A DNA stretch of 64,000 nt, from the NCBI RefSeq assembly GCF_000026545.1, contig NC_011601.1; one strand, written 5' to 3'. A program made the position numbers and the translations under genes. Source of the DNA: Escherichia coli O127:H6 str. E2348/69. GTDB taxonomy: Bacteria > Pseudomonadota > Gammaproteobacteria > Enterobacterales > Enterobacteriaceae. Positions 57,049 through 64,000 of this stretch are shown piece after piece (within the stretch, counting starts at the first letter, position 1; the number at the start of each line of letters is the position of its first letter). Under the pieces are notes generated by a model. That model was given only the letters and a program-made list of their open reading frames with translations. It was not told where the DNA came from and made no database searches.

Positions 57049-59037
57049 CTACTTTTCTTCCAGGTAACTCTCTTCGAAGATTTCAATAGGGAGTGGGCGA
57101 GCAAAAAGGAAGCCCTGGGCAATACCAACGCCCGCTTTTGCCAGCCAGTCGCGTTGTGCTTCAGTCTCCACGCCTTCGGCAATCATTTGTAAGTTCAGGC
57201 TCTGCGCCAGCATGATAATTGCAGCAATCATGCTGCTATCTTCCGGCAAACCTTCAACAAACATTTTGTCGATTTTCAGTACGTCGATTGGCAACGATTT
57301 CATATGCTGCAGCTGACGCAGCCCTGCGTAGCCCATGCCGAAATCATCCAGCGCCACCCGAACTCCGGCATTGCGCAGCGGACGGAGGATTGCCACCGCA
57401 GCATGAGGATCGTCAATACGTCGGCTTTCTGTAACTTCCAGAATCAGTGTTCCCGGCTGAATGCGATAGCGGGTTAACAGTTCCAGCATATCCGCCACCA
57501 TATTTGGATGCATCAGTTGCAGCGCTGAGAGGTTTACCGACAAGGGCAGCATAATGCCGCGCTCTTGCCAGGCAGCAAGCAATCGACAGGACTCTTCCAG
57601 CACCCAGTGACCGACGGTAACCATCAGCCCACAGCACTCAATGCGATCGATTAAGCCATCGGGCAGGTCCCAACTGCCATCCGGTTGCTGGATACGCAGT
57701 AACACTTCCGCACTGACCAGTTTACCGCTGGTCATCTCGACCTGTGGCTGTAACCAAATCGCAAACTGATGATTTTCCAGTGCATTAAGGATATCGCTCT
57801 CTTCCGTCAACCGCTTCTGGGCGGCTTCCATCTGCTGCGGATCAAAGAACTGAATCTGATTTTTGCCTTTATGGCGAGCGGTAAATGCCGCAGAAATAGC
57901 GCGACTGTAAAGCTGTTCGGCGGTGAGATCGCCGTAGAACATCGCCACGCCAATGCTACAGTGCGGACGGAGTTGAATACGTTCAATCGGCAGGCGCTCG
58001 CTCATGATAGTGAGCACTTGCTGACCTAATGTAATAGCGTGCCACGGTTCCTGTACACCGTTGGCAATGACAGCAAAGTCATAACCGCTAATCTGCGCGA
58101 GGATCATGCGTGGCGACAGTACCGATTTGAGTTTTTCCACCAGCGTCAGCAGCAGAATTTCTCGTTGCGCCTCTTTCAGCACACCCGCAGTATCACGCAG
58201 GGTTTCACAGGTGATGATCATCAGCGCGGTGGTTTGTTTACGCGCCACCACCTGCTCCAGCATCTCCATCAGCAAGGCTTTGTTCGGCAAATCCGACACC
58301 GGGAAGCGCATCGCATTTTCGTTCTGTTCTTCATAATGGCGCTGCAGCAATTGCTGGTTGAGGTTGTAACTGCGAACCAACATACCGATTTCATCGTCCT
58401 GATGCAGACGCGGTAATGCCAGTTGGTGACCAACAAGCTCCTGGGGTGGGATGGCGTTAAGTTCGCGAGCAATATTGCGCAACGGATGCAAAATCAGGCG
58501 GTTAATGCACCAGCTAATCGCCACCGTCAATATTAACGACAAAAGTAAGTAAATGGTCACTAACGTTGAGAGGGTGCTCATCACGAACTTATACATGCGG
58601 AAGGAATCCGCCTGTAACACCAGATAGGCAATTGGCTGCGGGTTTGCCGGACGTTCCAGCGAGTAAACGCCCAGCGAGATTTGCACCGGTAGCTCAAACA
58701 GGCGAGTAACCATTACCGGCACCGGACGCTCTGGAATAAAACTTTTACGCAGCGCCTGGAACTGGTTAGGCAGCACTACATCGGCACGGCTGACCACGCC
58801 TGCCGGTTTAATGCTGGCAAGAATAGCTTCCGCTTCGGGAATATCGCCTTTCAAAATGGCAGAAGATAAGGGTTCGCGGACAGAGCGAGCAATGCTTTCC
58901 AGTTGCGTAGCCGTGTTATAGCGATTCTGCTGGACCAGATGGAACAGCAAAACGGTGCAAAAAATAAAAACGAACACCAGGACAACGGCTGCCACCATTG
59001 CCATCTGCTTGATTGTTAACGAGCGACTTACGCGCAA
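57049..59037 (-). CDS. pdeK: Membrane HAMP-GGDEF(degenerate)-EAL c-di-GMP phosphodiesterase PdeK (YhjK)
   Basis: 662-aa ORF with two TM segments and a C-terminal EAL domain; true start may lie a few codons downstream. Confidence 0.88.
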   Translation of the reverse strand: MRVSRSLTIKQMAMVAAVVLVFVFIFCTVLLFHLVQQNRYNTATQLESIARSVREPLSSAILKGDIPEAEAILASIKPAGVVSRADVVLPNQFQALRKSFIPERPVPVMVTRLFELPVQISLGVYSLERPANPQPIAYLVLQADSFRMYKFVMSTLSTLVTIYLLLSLILTVAISWCINRLILHPLRNIARELNAIPPQELVGHQLALPRLHQDDEIGMLVRSYNLNQQLLQRHYEEQNENAMRFPVSDLPNKALLMEMLEQVVARKQTTALMIITCETLRDTAGVLKEAQREILLLTLVEKLKSVLSPRMILAQISGYDFAVIANGVQEPWHAITLGQQVLTIMSERLPIERIQLRPHCSIGVAMFYGDLTAEQLYSRAISAAFTARHKGKNQIQFFDPQQMEAAQKRLTEESDILNALENHQFAIWLQPQVEMTSGKLVSAEVLLRIQQPDGSWDLPDGLIDRIECCGLMVTVGHWVLEESCRLLAAWQERGIMLPLSVNLSALQLMHPNMVADMLELLTRYRIQPGTLILEVTESRRIDDPHAAVAILRPLRNAGVRVALDDFGMGYAGLRQLQHMKSLPIDVLKIDKMFVEGLPEDSSMIAAIIMLAQSLNLQMIAEGVETEAQRDWLAKAGVGIAQGFLFARPLPIEIFEESYLEEK

Positions 59038-59118
59038 ATTGTCTCCCCCCGGAAATCCCAGATTGCCGCCCGAGTATACCCGATCGCAGCGGCATTAAGA
59101 GAAGCGCTATCTGAAAAC

Positions 59119-62100
59119 TTACCAGTCGGCGTAAGGTATCAGCGGCTGCGGCGGTAAATCCATGTCACCCTGCCATCCGGCGGCGGAATAACGTACGTAG
59201 AGCAGAAAATGGCTGGGTGCGTAATCTTTTGCCTGCTGGATATCAATTGCCGTGCCGACAAACCAGTTGGAAGTAACACGTCGTTCAAGTAATGCCCGCG
59301 CCGTGTAGCCAAAGCCCTGACTGCTGCCGCCATCGTTGGATTGCCGCGCAGCTTCTTCCTGCCAGTCGGTCGGGATCAGATTCATCAGCGGATAACGCGG
59401 CATGGTTTTGGTGCGTGAATGCGACCACGAGCCAGACGCCCCCAGCTCCCACGACCAGTTTTCCGTGCGCTCCCGCCACATCACCGGTATGGCAAACGAC
59501 AGGTATTCCTGCGGACTGTAGTAACCGCCCTGTCCGAGTGAGTAGCCACTCAGGTCTTTGTCATAATGCCAGATCATGTTGTTCAGGCCGATTGTGACGC
59601 GTCGATTGTTCTGGTTGATGACCTTATAGTAATAGCCCGTCATCCAGCGCACGCGCCAGTTATCTTCGACATTTTTACCGGTTAACTGATCACCGCTAAG
59701 CGATGCCCAGACGCCGTTTGCTTCACCTTTATCGTAGCTCAGACTTAGCCCCACGCCGTCGGCACGCACGCCGCCCCATTTTTTCCCGGTATTGCTCGGA
59801 GAGTCTTTTTGCCCACCAAAGGCCAGCAAAGAACTGGAGATGGGCCGACGGTGGGCGTTAACGGTGTAACCCAGCGGCCCGATATCATCGTTGTAACTGA
59901 TGCCGCCGACCACATCCACCACGTTGAAGCCCATCGGCGTGGTACCGATATCCCAGCTCCAGACGTCATTTCGCCAGCCGACCGCCACGCTGGCACCGGA
60001 ATCCGACTGGCTGCGGTTGCCGCTACAGTCCTGTAATGTACAGGTGCCCCAGTTGTCATCCCATTTGCCATCGGCATTAGTGGAGAAACTGCCGACGTTC
60101 ATATTGACGAAATCACTGCGAAAGAACATCCGCCCGTCAGAATACGGCGCGTCCACCTGCAACATAGTGGTGTGCGCTTTCAGATCGGAGTAACCACCGG
60201 TGCCGCTCGAACCCCAGTAATCGTGCTCGAGAGTGACGTTAAGATCCTGCTGGCGATAGAGGTCCGCCGCATCGCTGCGCACGCCGCGTTTCAGCCAGTC
60301 ATCTTTCTCGTCGTTACGGGTCAGCCGGGTAAAGGTGTCGTTATCCTGCGGACGCGTCGTGGTCACACCGGATGCAACCATAGCGTCTTTGTAGGTTTCC
60401 AGCGCCTGCGTTGGATCGCCCGCCTGCGCTTCAAACTTCGCACCATCACGCAGTACCATCGCGCTTTCCATCGACGGTGGCTGAGATTTTGCCTGCGGGA
60501 TCAACTTATTAAATGTCTGCTGCGCCGCTGCGGTATCGCCAAGCTGCGCCTGTGCCAGCGCCACGCGCCGCTGTGTGTTCAGCGAGGCGTTATCAGTGGC
60601 AGGCAGTTTCGCCAGCTGGCTACGTGCCGCCGCTTTGTCACCGGCAGCAATATCCACTTCCGTCAGACCAAGAATGGCATCGGCGTTAGTTGGCTCCCGC
60701 GCCAGAACATTCTGATATGCAGCGCGGGCGGCGGTGTAATCACGTCGCTGCTGCGCCCAGTCAGCCAGCGTGAGGTCAATACGCGAGGAAGGCGGTTGCT
60801 GGCGCAGCATCGCTTCCGCTTCTGCCTCTTTACCGTTTTCTCGCAGGCGATTAGCGGTTTCCAGCACCTGATCGTTTTGCAGTCGATTAACCAGCTCCTG
60901 AATATTGCTGTTCCACTGCGCGCGCGGCAGGCTGTTGATATGCGCCAGCGCCGCTCTGTCCTGGTCGTGACCGGAGAGGTACAGCCCGTAAGCGTAAACC
61001 TGCTCCGGGTCGTTGGGCTTCTGCTGCGCCAGATTGCGCATTAACGTATCGGCCTGGCTGCGTTGTCCGGCTTGCCAGAGATCCTGCGAAAGTCGGTAAG
61101 TAATCCATACACTGCCGGGGTCCAGCGCCAGTCGTTGCCGCTGAAGTGCTGCCGCCTGCGCCCATTTCCCCTGGTTTTCCAGTGCCTCTGCCTGCTGTGC
61201 CAGACGGTCGTTTTGCAGGCTGCGTTCGATATCATCAATGCTGCGCCGCTGGCTGGCAGAGAGCGAGGCGATATACGCTTCGGCTTTTTCTGGCGACTGC
61301 TGGCGGTAAATATTCGCCAGCCCGCGCACGGCGTTAGTGTTGCCGCTGTCCATACGCAAGGTCTGCTGGTAATAGCGTTCGGCGGCGGGATAATCTTTGC
61401 GCGCCATCGCCACATCGCCCAGCCCAAGCACTGCATAGCTGTCGGTGTTATCGACATTACGTGCCTGCTGGAACAGCCGTTCTGCCCGGTCAGGATTATT
61501 GGCTTTCAGCGCGGCATCGCCCTGCTGGATCGCCAGCCAGTAGCGGTTTACTTTCAGCAGGCTGTTCCATTTGTCGTTATTGCTGTTGTGCGGATCCAGC
61601 GCGAGGGCTTTTTCCAGATTCACCACTGCATTGGCGCGATCGCCTTTCTGGGAATACGCCTGGCCCAGCGCCCCCAGAGCCTCACTGTCTTTCGGGTTCG
61701 CCCGCACCGCCTGTTGTAGTTCGGGAATGGCTTTACCCGCCATGCCAGAGTCCACCGCCGCTAAACCTTGCGCACGAGCGCGGAAAGCAGGGTCGGCCAG
61801 CTGTTTTTGCTGTTCTGCCAGTTGCGATTGTGCAGCAGCCACGCTATCGCCATCGCTAAAGATCGAGAGATATTTTTTCAGTGCCTGAACGCTGGCATCG
61901 CTGACGGGCATGTCTTTAATCTGCCCGTACCAGATTTTAGAGGCCCCTTCGCGCCCGGCGTTCGATTTCGCCATCTGTTCCAGGACGGCAAAACCTTCAT
62001 CACGGCGATCGCTACTAAACAGTAATAGCGCCAGATTGTTTTGCAGGCCCGTGTTGCCCGGCGTATCCGCATTAATGCGTTTTAGCTGATTAATCGCTTC

Positions 62101-62592
62101 GCCACGGCGGGCCGGAATTTTCGCCACCGTACTCCAGTACTCGACAGCAATGTCACCTTCCGGCGGCGCACCGTTGAACAGTTTGTTGTAACTCGCCACA
62201 GCCTCTTCCGCATGACCAGTCGTCGCCTGCAATCTTGCCTGTTGCAGTGCCTGACGACCATCTGGCGCGGAAAGCAGCATCGTAGTCCGCGACGATTTAT
62301 ACGCATTTGAACTCGGCGCTAACTGCGACAGCCGATCGAGCTGTTTTTGTGCGCCATCAATATCGCCCTGACGTAACAGAGAACGAAAACGGGCAGCAAT
62401 CACATCCGGGTTATTCGGATCAATAAGTTCCAGCCGATACAACGACTGTTGCACCAGGTCTTCACGATGGGTCGCTTCGCCTAACCGAACTTGCTCCAGC
62501 AACTGTTGCTGAGCGGTTGGTGCTGCCTCGACCATCGGCATGACGGCCAGACCGAGGGAAAGCGTGAATATGTTTAGTGTGAATTTGCGCAT
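59119..62592 (-). CDS. bcsC: Cellulose synthase operon protein BcsC (TPR repeats plus outer-membrane beta-barrel)
   Basis: 1157-aa ORF with signal peptide, many TPR repeats and a C-terminal barrel; overlaps the bcsZ stop by 19 nt. Confidence 0.95.
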   Translation of the reverse strand: MRKFTLNIFTLSLGLAVMPMVEAAPTAQQQLLEQVRLGEATHREDLVQQSLYRLELIDPNNPDVIAARFRSLLRQGDIDGAQKQLDRLSQLAPSSNAYKSSRTTMLLSAPDGRQALQQARLQATTGHAEEAVASYNKLFNGAPPEGDIAVEYWSTVAKIPARRGEAINQLKRINADTPGNTGLQNNLALLLFSSDRRDEGFAVLEQMAKSNAGREGASKIWYGQIKDMPVSDASVQALKKYLSIFSDGDSVAAAQSQLAEQQKQLADPAFRARAQGLAAVDSGMAGKAIPELQQAVRANPKDSEALGALGQAYSQKGDRANAVVNLEKALALDPHNSNNDKWNSLLKVNRYWLAIQQGDAALKANNPDRAERLFQQARNVDNTDSYAVLGLGDVAMARKDYPAAERYYQQTLRMDSGNTNAVRGLANIYRQQSPEKAEAYIASLSASQRRSIDDIERSLQNDRLAQQAEALENQGKWAQAAALQRQRLALDPGSVWITYRLSQDLWQAGQRSQADTLMRNLAQQKPNDPEQVYAYGLYLSGHDQDRAALAHINSLPRAQWNSNIQELVNRLQNDQVLETANRLRENGKEAEAEAMLRQQPPSSRIDLTLADWAQQRRDYTAARAAYQNVLAREPTNADAILGLTEVDIAAGDKAAARSQLAKLPATDNASLNTQRRVALAQAQLGDTAAAQQTFNKLIPQAKSQPPSMESAMVLRDGAKFEAQAGDPTQALETYKDAMVASGVTTTRPQDNDTFTRLTRNDEKDDWLKRGVRSDAADLYRQQDLNVTLEHDYWGSSGTGGYSDLKAHTTMLQVDAPYSDGRMFFRSDFVNMNVGSFSTNADGKWDDNWGTCTLQDCSGNRSQSDSGASVAVGWRNDVWSWDIGTTPMGFNVVDVVGGISYNDDIGPLGYTVNAHRRPISSSLLAFGGQKDSPSNTGKKWGGVRADGVGLSLSYDKGEANGVWASLSGDQLTGKNVEDNWRVRWMTGYYYKVINQNNRRVTIGLNNMIWHYDKDLSGYSLGQGGYYSPQEYLSFAIPVMWRERTENWSWELGASGSWSHSRTKTMPRYPLMNLIPTDWQEEAARQSNDGGSSQGFGYTARALLERRVTSNWFVGTAIDIQQAKDYAPSHFLLYVRYSAAGWQGDMDLPPQPLIPYADW

Positions 62593-63680
62593 TCCTGGCC
62601 CCAGTCAGGTAATAACTCACCTTTTGTCGAGAAGCGGAAACGGTGTTGATCCCAGCCTTGTCCAAACAGGGTCAGCACATAGTTGTAATAGGCATCGCTG
62701 CCGGGAAAGTTATCGGCCACGCGCTGGCGCTGAACGGCCTGCGCATCGCGGTTTTGTAAAAAGGGCAGCATGGCGGCAGAAAAACCGACCGGTCCTTTAC
62801 CCTGCGCTTTCCCCGTAGCCACATCCACTTTTTCCGGCGGATAACCGTTTTTCTCAGTGAATGTCGCCATCGGTTTAAACCGGTTGAGCATCCGCGCTTT
62901 TTGCGGATCGCTGTCAGGCATCATGCCTACCCACATGTAAACGCGGATAGCGTCGTAGCTGCTGATCAATGTTTTTTCGGCTTTTAGCTGCCAGCCTTTG
63001 TCTTTCTCATAGCGCACCCAGTCTGGCGAAAAGCCTTTCGGGGCGGTTTCCAGCAATAAACGTTGATTGGTTTCGCGCAGCGTGGTCCACGGCGCGCCAA
63101 AGCGGGTGAAATACTGCGCCAGCGTCGGCGGCAGGTAGCTGGGGTTAAAACGCCAGCTGTTATCCTCAGCAAAACCCACTTTGCCCGGTAACAACATGGA
63201 GCCCAGCCCAGGCACCGTCACCACTTCCTCCCGCACGATACGTTTTAGCAATGCGCTGCCGATGTCGGTATAACGCTGCTCTTTCCACAAACGCCCCGCC
63301 TCCAGCAACGACCAGGCCATCCAGACATCACCATCGGAGGCCGAATTGCTGTCCAGCACTTCCCACTTACTGTTCTCTTTCTTGCCCCACAGCCAGGCGG
63401 GCAAATGTTCTTTTAAAGAACCCTGTGCGAGATTGTTCTGCGTCCAGTCGAGAAGATTATCGAAAGCTGCACGGTCGTTAGCCGCCAGGGCAAAGAACAT
63501 GCCGTAACTTTGCCCTTCGGAGGTGGTGATTTTGCGCGCGTCACTGGGGTCGATGACGCGCCCTTCCTGACTGATGTAGTCCTTTTTAAACTGCTCCCAG
63601 GCAGGCCAGGTACAGGCTGCCTGAACACTAAAGGCAGCCAGCAGCAGCATCGTCACGAGTCCACTACGCAACACATTCAT
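62574..63680 (-). CDS. bcsZ: Endo-1,4-beta-glucanase BcsZ (GH8)
   Basis: 368 aa from [28 protein letters not shown]; the ORF-track start at 63686 is a TTG two codons upstream. Confidence 0.93.
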   Translation of the reverse strand: MNVLRSGLVTMLLLAAFSVQAACTWPAWEQFKKDYISQEGRVIDPSDARKITTSEGQSYGMFFALAANDRAAFDNLLDWTQNNLAQGSLKEHLPAWLWGKKENSKWEVLDSNSASDGDVWMAWSLLEAGRLWKEQRYTDIGSALLKRIVREEVVTVPGLGSMLLPGKVGFAEDNSWRFNPSYLPPTLAQYFTRFGAPWTTLRETNQRLLLETAPKGFSPDWVRYEKDKGWQLKAEKTLISSYDAIRVYMWVGMMPDSDPQKARMLNRFKPMATFTEKNGYPPEKVDVATGKAQGKGPVGFSAAMLPFLQNRDAQAVQRQRVADNFPGSDAYYNYVLTLFGQGWDQHRFRFSTKGELLPDWGQECANSH

Positions 63681-63686
63681 CTTCAA

Positions 63687-64000
63687 TTACTCGTTATCCG
63701 GGTTAAGACGACGACGACTAATAATACGCAGCAGACGCCACAGTACCCATGCCAGCAATATCACACTGATAGCCGCCAGCACCGCCAGCAGAATCGGATG
63801 GTTTGCCAGCGCATACCACAAGCGCTCGAACCACGGCAGATGACCTACGTAATAAACATCGCCAACACGTAGGCTGTTGATACCGGACTCGCGGATCACC
63901 GCGACCGAACCGAACATGGTGGCGCGTTTGCCGCTATCGTTCACCGCATCGTTAAGCATTTCATAACCGCGTGGGCTATCTGCCAGCAGCGCAATCACGC
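63687..64000 (-). CDS. bcsB: Cellulose synthase regulatory subunit BcsB, C-terminal end only; gene continues past window end
   Basis: Minus-strand reading ends ...LAAISVILLAWVLWRLLRIISRRRLNPDNE* with a C-terminal TM anchor. Confidence 0.85.
   Translation of the reverse strand, partial: VIALLADSPRGYEMLNDAVNDSGKRATMFGSVAVIRESGINSLRVGDVYYVGHLPWFERLWYALANHPILLAVLAAISVILLAWVLWRLLRIISRRRLNPDNE

Noticed and set aside
60172-61044. 290-aa plus-strand ORF (and neighbours 61063..61719, 61461..61859) antisense to bcsC
   Set aside because: Arg/Ala/Gln-rich low-complexity translation typical of the antisense strand of a TPR-rich GC-rich gene; fully overlapped by bcsC.

Overview
This window is an enterobacterial chromosomal segment (Escherichia coli / Shigella type) that runs from rbbA to bcsB and reads gene-for-gene like the well-studied rbbA–pitA–uspA–prlC–gor–arsC–acid fitness island–treF–dctA–bcs region. 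I did not find a convincing undescribed system. All calls rest on reading the ORF translations and the sequence against remembered protein families and motifs; no database search was run. Essentially every long ORF maps to a known gene. The most notable content is: (1) the chu heme-uptake and heme-degradation locus (chuS, chuA, chuT, chuW, chuX, chuY, chuU, chuV; 19829..28781) sitting between dctR and yhiD inside the low-GC acid fitness island (slp to gadA, with hdeAB, gadE, mdtEF, gadW, gadY, gadX); (2) an apparent deletion of arsR and most of arsB, leaving an operator-like sequence, a 3' arsB stub and an intact arsC; (3) the LexA-controlled dinQ small-toxin locus with one clear agr-like antisense repeat; (4) a short yhiI–yhiM spacer where K-12 carries extra genes; and (5) a degraded AT-rich gap between arsC and slp. 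No CRISPR array, tRNA, rRNA, IS element or integrase was seen. Many listed ORFs inside GC-rich genes are antisense artefacts, and several ORF-track starts are upstream extensions or non-ATG starts that I have trimmed to the likely true start.
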